From the NCBI GenBank assembly GCA_030728405.1, contig JANQZS010000077.1, positions 12,767 to 76,766 on the forward strand: DNA of 64,000 bases, written 5' to 3'. Within the stretch, counting starts at the first letter, position 1. The number at the start of each line of letters is the position of its first letter. The notes under the pieces are model-generated. The model had not been told where the DNA came from, ran no database searches, and was given only the letters and a program-made list of their open reading frames with translations. The translations under genes and the position numbers were made by a program. This document shows positions 1 to 9,120 of the stretch, in pieces. Source of the DNA: Candidatus Nanopelagicales bacterium (GTDB lineage Bacteria > Actinomycetota > Actinomycetes > S36-B12).

Positions 1-705
1 GTGGAGTATCCAACTTCCTCGGAAGACGATCTTCAGGAGACAGTCCGCCTTGTCCGGGAGGCGGGCGGTGAAATCGTTGCTGGCTATGCCGACGTTCGAG
101 ATCGTGACGCTATTGATGCCGTGGTTGCGCAGGGCTTGGAGGCCTTCGGCTTCATCGACGTCGTGGTGGCCAATGCGGGTGTCTTCACCTGGGGAGCTGC
201 ACCAAATCTGAGCCGCGAGGGCTGGCAGACCGTGATCGATATCAACCTGAACGGGACATGGAACGCAGTCCAGTCCGTTCTGCCAAGCATGATTGCTCGG
301 GGCAAGGGTGGCTCCATCATGATGACGGCGTCGCAGATCGCCACGCGCGGTCAGTCGAATGCCGTTGCCTACGCTGCCAGCAAGGCCGGGATCGTCGGCA
401 TGATGCGAGCATTGGCCGCGGAGTTGGCCCGCGAGAACATCCGTGTCAACACCATTCATCCGAGCACGGTCTATACAGAGATGATCTTGAACGAGCCGGT
501 GTACAAGGTGTTCCGACCAGACCTTGAGAATCCGGGCCTCGCTGAAATGGAAGCCGAACTGCGCCCCTTCCATATGCTTGATGTACCAGCGCTCGATGTT
601 GAGGACATCAGCCACGCGGTCGTCTATCTCGCATCGGATGAGTCCCGATACGTCACGAGCATGAAGTTCGCAATCGATGCTGGCTCCACCCAGAAGCTTG
701 GCTGA
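1..705 (+). CDS. Mycofactocin-coupled SDR-family oxidoreductase (5' partial, runs off the window start)
   Basis: The ORF is open at position 1. It has the SDR catalytic YxxxK (YAASK) and a KVFRPDLENPG...IDAGS C-terminal block that I recognise from the mycofactocin-associated SDR subfamily. It lies two genes upstream of mftG. Confidence 0.75.
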   Translation: MEYPTSSEDDLQETVRLVREAGGEIVAGYADVRDRDAIDAVVAQGLEAFGFIDVVVANAGVFTWGAAPNLSREGWQTVIDINLNGTWNAVQSVLPSMIARGKGGSIMMTASQIATRGQSNAVAYAASKAGIVGMMRALAAELARENIRVNTIHPSTVYTEMILNEPVYKVFRPDLENPGLAEMEAELRPFHMLDVPALDVEDISHAVVYLASDESRYVTSMKFAIDAGSTQKLG

Positions 706-706
706 C

Positions 707-1918
707 GTGAGCCTTCAGGAGACGACCATCTCCTCGCTGGAAGAGCATTCTGCTCATAACTATGCACCTCTGCCGGTCGTCATTGCTGAGGCTGATGACA
801 TCTGGGTGACCGATATCCATGGCACGAAGTACCTCGACGCACTCTCGGGCTACTCAGCGTTGAACTTCGGTCATCGTCACCCGACTCTGGTGAATGCTGT
901 GCGTGCCCAATTGGATCGGGTAACCCTGACGAGCCGTGCATTCCACCACGATCGATTTGCACAGTTCTGCACAGACCTCTCCCGCCTCACTGGCAAGGAC
1001 GCAATCCTTCCCATGAATACCGGTGCCGAGGCCGTGGAGACGGCTATCAAGGCAGCGCGACGCTGGGGCTACCAGCGCAAGGGTGTTCCGGTCGACCAGG
1101 GGACGATCATCGTCGCCGACAACAACTTCCACGGACGAACAACCACGATCGTGGGGTTCTCGACTGATCCTGATTCTCGGACCGGCTTCGGACCGTTCAC
1201 GCCCGGATTCCGCTCGGTTCCCTTTGGCGACGTAGACCGTCTTGAGGCGCTGATAGACGACAACACCATCGCCGTACTGCTCGAGCCCATTCAGGGCGAG
1301 GCAGGTGTGATTATTCCTCCAGCCGGCTACCTTGCCGCCGTTCGCACATTGACCGCAAAGCACAACGTCCTGCTGATCGCGGATGAGATTCAGGCGGGGC
1401 TGGGGCGGACCGGTGCCACGTTCGCGTGCGACCATGAAGCGGTCGTACCTGACATATTCGTGCTTGGTAAGGCGTTGGGCGGAGGAATCCTGCCTGTCTC
1501 GGCGATTGCGGCGGACTGGGACGTCATGGAGGTGTTCACGCCGGGCTCCCACGGCAGCACCTTCGGTGGCAACCCGCTCGCGTGTGCGGTGGGCTCAGCA
1601 GTAGTCGCGCTGCTCGAGACGGGGGAGTACCAGGAACGAAGCCGAGTGCTCGGTAAGTATCTGGAGGAGGGACTGCGCTCGATCGAATCTGATCTCCTAG
1701 TCGAGATCCGATGCATCGGGTTGTGGGCCGGTGTGCAATTTGCTCCCGACGTATCGGCTAAGAAACTGTGCCTGAGCATGATGAAGAAGGGCGTTCTTGC
1801 CAAGGACACCCAGCAGAGCACGGTGCGGATCGCACCGCCGCTGACGATCAGAGTGAACGAAGTGGATCTGCTCGTAACGGCTTTGGATGCAGCCGTCAAA
1901 GAATACGTAGGAGCCTGA
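707..1918 (+). CDS. rocD: Ornithine--oxo-acid (class III, PLP) aminotransferase
   Basis: HNYAPLPVV N-terminus, DEIQAGLGRTG and LGKALGGG motifs, and 400-aa length all fit. GTG 707 lies 1 nt after the SDR stop; ATG 677 is an in-frame alternative start. Confidence 0.8.
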   Translation: MSLQETTISSLEEHSAHNYAPLPVVIAEADDIWVTDIHGTKYLDALSGYSALNFGHRHPTLVNAVRAQLDRVTLTSRAFHHDRFAQFCTDLSRLTGKDAILPMNTGAEAVETAIKAARRWGYQRKGVPVDQGTIIVADNNFHGRTTTIVGFSTDPDSRTGFGPFTPGFRSVPFGDVDRLEALIDDNTIAVLLEPIQGEAGVIIPPAGYLAAVRTLTAKHNVLLIADEIQAGLGRTGATFACDHEAVVPDIFVLGKALGGGILPVSAIAADWDVMEVFTPGSHGSTFGGNPLACAVGSAVVALLETGEYQERSRVLGKYLEEGLRSIESDLLVEIRCIGLWAGVQFAPDVSAKKLCLSMMKKGVLAKDTQQSTVRIAPPLTIRVNEVDLLVTALDAAVKEYVGA

Positions 1919-1919
1919 T

Positions 1920-3398
1920 ATGCGTTACATCGTTGTTGGAGCGGGCACCGCCGGGTGCGTGGTCGCGGCGCGATTGAGCGAGGACCCCGCGAATTCGGTG
2001 ACGTTGATCGAGTCCGGGCCGGATCGGCATGCAGGCAATCGTCCCGAGGGTGTGGCGTCTGTGAACTGGATCCGCGCACTGGGAGAGACGGCGGCGTTCA
2101 ACGAGAAGATTACGGCCGCACGACTTCCTGGCTCGAATCGCAAGCAGTACATGCGCGGGCATGGTACCGGCGGATCCGGCGCGGTGAATGCAATGATCTG
2201 CCTGCCCGGACTCCCTTCGGACTATGACAGGTGGGCGGACGATCTCGGCTGCACCGGATGGTCGTGGGCTGACGTCGAGCCGTGGTACATGCGCATCCAG
2301 GGCGGAGCACTGCAGACTGATGCGCGCTTTTATACCCCGGTGGACCGCGCCCTCATGGGTGCAGGCGTTGAGCTGGGGTACAGGGATGACGTTGACACCT
2401 ACACGCCTGCCGATGGAGTCGGGCCGGTGTATCTCTGCGCTGACGCTACGACGCGCATGTCGACGGCGGAGATGTGGTTGGACCCCGCTCGTGCGGAAGG
2501 TCGGGTGAGTGTTCGTACAGGCGAGGGTGTGGATCAACTGCTGTGGGATGGTGACCGGTGCGTAGGAGTTGAACTCCTGAGCGGGGAGCAACTGGCCGCT
2601 GATCACGTAGTTTTGTGCGCCGGTGCCTTTGAGAGCCCTGCGATCCTCCTGCGTTCGGGTCTGCAGAATCCTGCGGTGGGAATGAATCTGTGTGACCATC
2701 CGGCGGCCAGTCTGCGACTGGTGCTGAATCCGGAACTGCGAGGCACGGATCTTGAACATGCGTGCATCAATGTCGTCCTCAGAGCCTCGTCGAGCATCTC
2801 GAATGGAGATGTGCATCTCCTGCCGCTGCACGGAAGTCTTGATGATGGCGCAACCCAAGCACTCGTGATGGCAGCGCTCATGACGGTTCGATCTACCGGG
2901 CGGGTCTACCTGGATCCTGACGATGTGACTGGGCCTCCGATAATCGATATGAACATGCTCACCGACCCGCAGGATCAGCAGGCGATGCGCGAGGCGGTTC
3001 TGACGATGATCGATGTTCTGCAGACAGGGGCTTTCGCGGAGATCGTGGAGGAGGTCGTGGTAGACAGTCGGGGGACATCCTTGGACGAGCTGCGTGCAGC
3101 ATCCGTGATGGATGAATGGCTAAGAGAGACGATGGGTGACTACTTCCATGCATGTGGAACCTGTCGCATGGGCCGGCCTGATGATCCTGCTGCCGTAGTC
3201 GACCTGGAAGGCAAACTCATCGGTCGAAGCGGCGTGCACGTTATCGACGCCTCGATCTTGCCCGATGTCCCCGCTGCCAACACGCACTGGCCAACCGTGA
3301 TGATTGCTGAGCGCCTTACGGCAGGGCTGATGGGCCGATCGCTGTCCGATCTTGAGGCGGTCTCGCTCGTGGAAGCGACGCCCCAATCCCAGCCCTAG
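1920..3398 (+). CDS. mftG: GMC-family FAD oxidoreductase, mycofactocin-system type (MftG)
   Basis: N-terminal FAD fold (VVGAGTAGCVVAARL) and C-terminal HACGTCRMG region. GTAGGAG RBS upstream; the start is 1 nt after the rocD stop. The MftG assignment rests on family plus locus context. Confidence 0.75.
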   Translation: MRYIVVGAGTAGCVVAARLSEDPANSVTLIESGPDRHAGNRPEGVASVNWIRALGETAAFNEKITAARLPGSNRKQYMRGHGTGGSGAVNAMICLPGLPSDYDRWADDLGCTGWSWADVEPWYMRIQGGALQTDARFYTPVDRALMGAGVELGYRDDVDTYTPADGVGPVYLCADATTRMSTAEMWLDPARAEGRVSVRTGEGVDQLLWDGDRCVGVELLSGEQLAADHVVLCAGAFESPAILLRSGLQNPAVGMNLCDHPAASLRLVLNPELRGTDLEHACINVVLRASSSISNGDVHLLPLHGSLDDGATQALVMAALMTVRSTGRVYLDPDDVTGPPIIDMNMLTDPQDQQAMREAVLTMIDVLQTGAFAEIVEEVVVDSRGTSLDELRAASVMDEWLRETMGDYFHACGTCRMGRPDDPAAVVDLEGKLIGRSGVHVIDASILPDVPAANTHWPTVMIAERLTAGLMGRSLSDLEAVSLVEATPQSQP

Positions 3399-3420
3399 GT
3401 GGCGACGTGGAAGTTTCCCG

Positions 3421-4590
3421 TCACATCTGATCGCACGCAGCGAGATATCCGGCAATCATGATTCTTGCGACTTCGCGAATTATGTCGTCAGAAGGCAGGA
3501 AACGCGAACTGTGCAGTTCGGGCTCGGTGGCGCTGCCTGATCCCGATCCGACAAACGCCATCACGCTGGGCACGACCTGACCGTAGAACGCAAAATCATC
3601 AGCTCCACATGATCTCAGTGGCTCGCACTGAATCGCACCGCCCAACTGCGCCCATTCTGACAGCCGAATAGCTAGTCGTTCGTCATTCGCGAGGGCGGGC
3701 TCACCGCGGCGTAGGTCGATCGCCACAGTGCATCCATGAATTGCTGCTGCATGCCCTACCGTCTCCATGATCAACTCATGCAGGGCCTCTCGGTGTGCGG
3801 GATCGTAGGTGCGAATGGTCCCAGTGAGAATCGCATCGTCAGGTATGGCGTTGGGCGCGATGCCGCTGTGGATTGATCCAACGGTGATCACTGCAGGTTC
3901 CATCGGGTCAGTACGTCGGGAAATGATCTGCTGCAGGGCGGTGATGACTGAGGCCGCGGCCAGCACGGGATCGGCGGTCGCATGGGGATAGGCGCCATGC
4001 CCTCCCCGTCCCTGGATCACCACGGTGAACTCGTCGGACGAGGCATTCATGATGCCCGGAAACGAGGAGAACTCCCCGGCCCGAATACGAGGGTGCACGT
4101 GCGCACCGATGACGGCCTGCACGTGAGCGGTCTGGAGTGCCCCGCTCTTCACCATGTCGAGGGCTCCGCCGGGCACAGACTCCTCCTTTGGCTGGAGTAG
4201 GGCGACCATGGGGATCGCTTCGTCGGCGAGTGCATGGGCAACAGCAACGAGTGCCGCGAGATGGACGTCGTGGCCGCATGCGTGCATAGCGTCGTTGGAG
4301 CTACTCCAGGGAGCTGCTGTTTCTTCTCTGATGGGGAGTGCATCTAGCTCTGCCCGGATGGCCACGGATGGCCCTGAAGACGCACCGATCCTGATGACCC
4401 TGCCGCCTGCTACGTCGGGCGCATCAGCGAATCCGAGAGCCGCAGCCACCAATGCCGCCGTGGGCGCCTCATGCCCACTGATATACGGGTTCGCATGAAT
4501 CTCATGGCGCAGCCGGATCGCCTCTGGAAGTGCTCCTTCGACCTTTTCCATCAGTGGCTTGATTCTTTCCAGTGTGACGTCTGAGGTCAT
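3421..4590 (-). CDS. M20D-family amidohydrolase (N-acyl-amino-acid amidohydrolase / hippuricase-like)
   Basis: 389-aa ORF with an MHACGHDVH metal-binding motif and the typical M20D layout. It overlaps the upstream gene by 4 nt. Confidence 0.75.
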   Translation of the reverse strand: MTSDVTLERIKPLMEKVEGALPEAIRLRHEIHANPYISGHEAPTAALVAAALGFADAPDVAGGRVIRIGASSGPSVAIRAELDALPIREETAAPWSSSNDAMHACGHDVHLAALVAVAHALADEAIPMVALLQPKEESVPGGALDMVKSGALQTAHVQAVIGAHVHPRIRAGEFSSFPGIMNASSDEFTVVIQGRGGHGAYPHATADPVLAAASVITALQQIISRRTDPMEPAVITVGSIHSGIAPNAIPDDAILTGTIRTYDPAHREALHELIMETVGHAAAIHGCTVAIDLRRGEPALANDERLAIRLSEWAQLGGAIQCEPLRSCGADDFAFYGQVVPSVMAFVGSGSGSATEPELHSSRFLPSDDIIREVARIMIAGYLAACDQM

Positions 4591-5720
4591 GCTTCACCTC
4601 GCTCAAGTCCGTAGAGCCGTGCCGCGTTATTCCAAGCGAGGTCGTCAATGAGCGCTTGCGCGTCGGGCATGCTGATGTCATGTGAATTCAGCATGTCTGA
4701 CAGTACTGCGTCAATTCCGATCCGCCACAGTTGTGCACCCAAGAAGTACAGCTCCGCGATGCCGAAGGCATCAGATGCATACAACAGTCGTGAGAATGGA
4801 ACGATCTCCAAGGACTCTCGAATGATGGATCGAGATCCGGCCCCGGAGTGCGCGACACCCAGACTGGTGTCCATGAACACATGCGAAAATACTTGGCAGA
4901 GGATCGCGGCCTGCCGCACGTACGGGTAACAGTGCAGGAGCACGATGCTTGCCCCGGTGTCCTCGGTGGCTCGCAGAAACGCAGTCATCTGTGAGGGATC
5001 ACAGCGATACAGCGTGATGTCTTTGTCACCGTAGCCAATGTGCATCTGGATGGGCTTGCCGTGTCGCAAGGCTTGCCAGAGGAAGAATCGGAGCAGCACC
5101 GGGTCGCTCACTCGCTCACTGCCGGTCGACTCGATCTCCCTGAGCCATGCCGAGCAGGCGAGAACAACCTCCCCGTCCGTGGGAGGGTTGGGATCGAAGT
5201 GCAGTCCGTATCGGTACGCGATGACACTCTTGAAGCCGATGCAATGTTGTGATCTCTGCGCAAGAGCTGCGCGAAAGGCGTCGGGGAAGTCTTCAGCCGA
5301 ATGCTGCGTGACGATCTCCTCGGCAAGCGTCTCAAGCCGCACAATCATCTCTACCGGTCGTCTCGCGAGTTCCTCCAGTTCCTTCGGACTGGTGAGTTCA
5401 GAGCCTCGATACCCCGTATCCACTACGTACATGTCAACTCCGGATGCATTGAGGAGCAACTGACTCGACTCCACGTTCCCCAGTTCCATTCGGCGCTGCC
5501 AGTACTCGCCAGCGAGAGAGTGTCTTTCCAGGCCAAGAAGAGGAGCGCAGTAGGCGCGAACGGCCAGCCCCAGTGGGGTGTTCAGTTCCTGGCCAGAGTG
5601 TGCGGTGTCTCCTTCCGTGAGCATGGACGTGAAGACCGGCCACGTCAGGTCGTCTTTGACGATGCCATGGCAATGGTGGTCCAGAAGTGACCGCTGCTCG
5701 AGATAGTCGTGGAGGAGCAT
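4587..5720 (-). CDS. Metal-dependent amidohydrolase (TIM-barrel, Amidohydro-type)
   Basis: The N-terminal HHCHG metal motif directly follows ATG 5720, which overlaps the RpiR stop by 1 nt (TGATG). The 72 further codons in the ORF track are Arg/Gly-rich and overlap the RpiR gene. Confidence 0.65.
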   Translation of the reverse strand: MLLHDYLEQRSLLDHHCHGIVKDDLTWPVFTSMLTEGDTAHSGQELNTPLGLAVRAYCAPLLGLERHSLAGEYWQRRMELGNVESSQLLLNASGVDMYVVDTGYRGSELTSPKELEELARRPVEMIVRLETLAEEIVTQHSAEDFPDAFRAALAQRSQHCIGFKSVIAYRYGLHFDPNPPTDGEVVLACSAWLREIESTGSERVSDPVLLRFFLWQALRHGKPIQMHIGYGDKDITLYRCDPSQMTAFLRATEDTGASIVLLHCYPYVRQAAILCQVFSHVFMDTSLGVAHSGAGSRSIIRESLEIVPFSRLLYASDAFGIAELYFLGAQLWRIGIDAVLSDMLNSHDISMPDAQALIDDLAWNNAARLYGLERGEA

Positions 5721-6577
5721 CAGTCCACGATCCCCGACTCGGTGAAACCCTGAGCTGCCCAGAGGGTGTCGTAGTCGCTCACCCGTGCCGTGGCCCGATC
5801 GCCGAGGGTGTTGACGACTCCGGTGATCAAGGCCTCCACGAGTGCGAACGCCGCGATCTGGGAATCGAATGGACTTGCGGACTGGACCGATACGGGCAGG
5901 ACGATCTGTGCATCCATCGCTATGGGGCTGAGCCATGGGTCTGTGATCAAGATGAGTGAGACTCCCCTATGCGCTGCCTCGCGCGCGAAGTCAACTGTGG
6001 ACTGTTGGTATCGACGAACATCGACAACAGTGAGAACGTCGCCCTTGCGTGCATCCATGAGATAGGAGACCCAATCGCTCGAATGAAGGAACACCACACC
6101 GGGTCTTAGGATCTCCAAGTGCTGCACGAGCGTGCGAGTGATGGTACCGCTGAATCTTCCCCCGGTGGCAGCGCAGCGCATTCGCCCATCTGCCAGTAGG
6201 TCCACCGCGTTATCAAACGTTGAACGATCAATATTGCTGAGGGAGGAGTTCAAGCTTTCGATGAACACGGGGAGGGTCTCGTCAAGTGCGTTTGCATGCG
6301 CATGGTTGTCGCGTCGACTGTATTGGGCAAGAGGGGAGGCCGTCCGCTCCTGAATCTCGTCGATGAGTGCTTCTTGGAAATCAGGGAATCCTTGATAGCC
6401 CAAGCGCGTGACGAGCCGGATGACCGTGGGGCCGCTGACCTCGGCCCGTTCTGCCAGCCTGGCCACCGTCTCGAGCCCCGCGGACGGGTATGCAGTCAAA
6501 ATTGCGTAGGCAACGCGGCGTTCAGCCCTCGGCAGTGCCGGGAAGGCTGCACGAATGCGCTCAGCGACTAAGGACAT
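5720..6577 (-). CDS. RpiR/MurR-family transcriptional regulator (HTH + SIS domain)
   Basis: N-terminal HTH_6-type region (RVAYAILTAYPSAGLETVARLAERAEVSGPTVIRLV) followed by a SIS-like domain. The start could be 6577 or 6595. Confidence 0.8.
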   Translation of the reverse strand: MSLVAERIRAAFPALPRAERRVAYAILTAYPSAGLETVARLAERAEVSGPTVIRLVTRLGYQGFPDFQEALIDEIQERTASPLAQYSRRDNHAHANALDETLPVFIESLNSSLSNIDRSTFDNAVDLLADGRMRCAATGGRFSGTITRTLVQHLEILRPGVVFLHSSDWVSYLMDARKGDVLTVVDVRRYQQSTVDFAREAAHRGVSLILITDPWLSPIAMDAQIVLPVSVQSASPFDSQIAAFALVEALITGVVNTLGDRATARVSDYDTLWAAQGFTESGIVD

Positions 6578-6705
6578 GAAACAAACGTTACACAATTTTG
6601 GATTGACATGGAATATGAAATGCCGATTAGATGTGCTCGCGTGCCGGTGACAAACCCTATTTCCAAAATTGGTCGAGGTAAAGGACCTGTGAAAGGTGAC
6701 ATGCT

Positions 6706-8019
6706 GTGACTAGTGGGGACATCGCACTTCTTGCGTGGAATGACTATGTGGGCGTGACCAGGTGTCGCGGGATTCCCGCGGGTCTGATCCCCAATCGGCT
6801 CGAGACCGGTCTGGGGTGGGCGGTAGCAGGTCAGGCCTTGACCCCGTTCGGGGACATCGCACCCAATCCATGGGGCCCCACCTCCGAGGTCCGCCAGGTT
6901 CCGGTCAAGGATTCCGCCGTCCGCGTGGATATCTGGCCAGATGCGTCTGCATTCCACATGTATTTGTGCGATTCCAAGAACGCTGATGGCACGGACTGGG
7001 ACTGCTGCACCCGAGCATTCATGCGTCACGCGATGGATGATCTCCGCTCGGAGACAGGTTTGGAGTTCATGGCGGCATTCGAGCATGAGTTCCTTCTGCA
7101 GTCTGATGGGCTCCCCGAGGCGGCACCCTTCAGCGTGGAGGCCATGCGCAATGCTGCCCTGTTCACGTCCGACTTGTGCCGGGCTCTTGAGGAGGCGGGG
7201 CTGGATCCGGAGACGATCGAGCCTGAGTACGGCATCCGGCAGTATGAGGTAACGGTCGCTCCCGCAGTCGGTCCTGCCGCAGGTGATCGCGCAATCATTG
7301 CCCGCGAGCTGATCCGCGAGGTCGCCCGCCGGCGCGGCATGCGAGCGTGCTTCAGCCCAAAGCCGACCCTTCTGGGAGTGGGCAACGGAAGTCATGTCCA
7401 TTTCAGCCTGGTCGATTCTGAGGGACGTAATGCAACGTTCGATCAGCACGAGCCGACGGGAACCAGCAAAGTCGCTCAGCACTTCCTTGGCGGAATACTG
7501 CGCCATATCCACGCACTCACCGCGCTGACCGCACCCAGCCCCGTCTCTTACCTTCGGCTGGGGCCGCAGCATTGGAGTTGTGGGTACGCGAGTTTCGGAA
7601 TCCAAAATCGTGAGGCTGCGCTCCGAGTGTGCCCGTCCACGGAGAGCGATCCGGCTAAGCGGGCCCGAGGGTTCAACTTGGAATTCCGGCCGCCGGACCC
7701 GACAGCCAGCCCCTACATCGTGTTGGGCGCCCTTATCCGTGCTGGTCTGGAAGGGATTCGCGATGAACTGCCTCTCCCAGCCATCTGCGAGGGAGATCCT
7801 GCCGACCTCACCGAGGAGGAGAGGTCAGCCCTGGGCATTACGCCACTCGCGGCGTCTTTTGCAGAGGCGCTGAGTGCGTTCGAGATGGATCCGGTGGCGC
7901 GCTCGTGGATGCCGCCGCAGATGCTGGAGTCGTATCTGTCCGTCAAGAGGACGGAATTGGAGATCACAAGATCGATGTCGCCAGAGGCGGTCTGCGAGCT
8001 GTACGCGAGCGTGTACTAG
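6706..8019 (+). CDS. Glutamine synthetase-family ligase (GlnA-like, gamma-glutamylating enzyme of unknown substrate)
   Basis: GS catalytic-domain pattern (EHEF..., NGSHVHFSL, LEFRPPD). Divergent from the RpiR operon. Confidence 0.7.
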   Translation: MTSGDIALLAWNDYVGVTRCRGIPAGLIPNRLETGLGWAVAGQALTPFGDIAPNPWGPTSEVRQVPVKDSAVRVDIWPDASAFHMYLCDSKNADGTDWDCCTRAFMRHAMDDLRSETGLEFMAAFEHEFLLQSDGLPEAAPFSVEAMRNAALFTSDLCRALEEAGLDPETIEPEYGIRQYEVTVAPAVGPAAGDRAIIARELIREVARRRGMRACFSPKPTLLGVGNGSHVHFSLVDSEGRNATFDQHEPTGTSKVAQHFLGGILRHIHALTALTAPSPVSYLRLGPQHWSCGYASFGIQNREAALRVCPSTESDPAKRARGFNLEFRPPDPTASPYIVLGALIRAGLEGIRDELPLPAICEGDPADLTEEERSALGITPLAASFAEALSAFEMDPVARSWMPPQMLESYLSVKRTELEITRSMSPEAVCELYASVY

Positions 8020-8276
8020 ACGGCCTTCTGATCACGCTCACGGCGGATGCGGATGAGTCCGAGGAGTGCGATCAGACACCAGATTCCGTTCAGCACCCAG
8101 ACGGACCACACATTCGTTGTGACGCCCACCCAGACCATCACACCAGCGCCCAGGAGATTCATCGCCTGATACACCAGTGATGTAGCAACCAGCTTGCCGG
8201 ATGAGAGCAATGCGTATGCCCCGAGGAGGAAGAGCGGCCCCAGCAGCCCAACAATCTGCATCGTCATACTTTCCAT
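8016..8276 (-). CDS. Small 3-TM membrane protein (CBU_0592-like family)
   Basis: 86 aa, three hydrophobic segments, basic C-terminal tail. The family call is from memory of similar small proteins. Confidence 0.5.
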   Translation of the reverse strand: MESMTMQIVGLLGPLFLLGAYALLSSGKLVATSLVYQAMNLLGAGVMVWVGVTTNVWSVWVLNGIWCLIALLGLIRIRRERDQKAV

Positions 8277-8376
8277 GACCGGATTCTAGAGATCTAGCGT
8301 GTCATCGGTGCGGAGAATCAGGAAATGCGCGGAGTGGATGGCCCTGCTGCCTCATCGGCGGGTCTGAGAAACCCGG

Positions 8377-9111
8377 TCAATATAACTGCGGACTCAACAG
8401 CTGCCCATCTGAGCCAACGGATCCGTTGAAGATTCGCGTACACAAATCATCGACGAGGCCGTCAAAGAGCCGCCGACCCTGTGCTTCATCAGCGTGGAGC
8501 GGATTTCCCAGTACGCCCGACTCAGAGACAGCGCGAACACCCGATTCCATGAGATCGGGGAGGATTTCACTCAGATGTGAAGTGTTTCCCGTGATTGCGC
8601 GTTCCATATCGACGCGCTGCGGATCGAGGAACAGCATGACGGACGTCTCGTCGTGTCCAGCGTGTGCATCAGTCGCGCCCTCGAATGCGCAGGGCACCCA
8701 GGCCACATCATGCTGCTCGATGATGAGCTGGTTGACGACCTCGGCGATGGTGGGCACGTTTCCGCCATGTCCATTCACGAACACGATGCGTCCGGCCCAG
8801 TACGACAGTGATCGAACGAGTTCAATGAGCATGATGCGTAAGGCATCGTGGCCGATGGAGATCGTCCCGGGAAACAGTTGGTGCTCACCGCTCGCCCCGT
8901 AGGTGATGGGTGGTGCGATGACAACCTCGTTGTCGATCACGTCAATAAGACGTGCAACGCATGCATCAGCAGCTGCGGCAGCGATCACAGTGTCCGTGTC
9001 GAAAGGCAGGTGTGGACCGTGCTGCTCGATGGAGCCAATGGGTACCAATACCAGCGGGCGATCTGGAACATTCGGCCACGACAAATCCGCGAGTTGCTTT
9101 GGTGCGGTCAC
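8377..9111 (-). CDS. mftE: Mycofactocin precursor peptide peptidase MftE (creatininase family)
   Basis: Creatininase-fold motifs (GSIEQHGPHLP, VNGHGGN). It is the last gene of the mftABCDE string, 9 nt after mftD. Confidence 0.85.
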   Translation of the reverse strand: MTAPKQLADLSWPNVPDRPLVLVPIGSIEQHGPHLPFDTDTVIAAAAADACVARLIDVIDNEVVIAPPITYGASGEHQLFPGTISIGHDALRIMLIELVRSLSYWAGRIVFVNGHGGNVPTIAEVVNQLIIEQHDVAWVPCAFEGATDAHAGHDETSVMLFLDPQRVDMERAITGNTSHLSEILPDLMESGVRAVSESGVLGNPLHADEAQGRRLFDGLVDDLCTRIFNGSVGSDGQLLSPQLY

Positions 9112-9120
9112 GAGATTGCC

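Noticed and set aside
5721-5936. 72-codon N-terminal extension of the amidohydrolase ORF (track start 5936)
   Set aside because: The extension is Arg/Gly/His-rich and overlaps the 3' end of the RpiR gene. The HHCHG metal motif begins right after ATG 5720, which forms a coupled TGATG junction with the RpiR stop.
6568-7605. 345-aa ORF on the minus strand
   Set aside because: It is antisense to the glutamine-synthetase-like gene. The same reasoning applies to 1896-2858 (antisense to mftG), 854-1552, 35696-36556 and 57858-58646.
8016-8019. Convergent genes sharing the tetranucleotide CTAG as overlapping stop codons
   Set aside because: The overlap is real, but it is a trivial consequence of tight packing. 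No functional implication can be supported.
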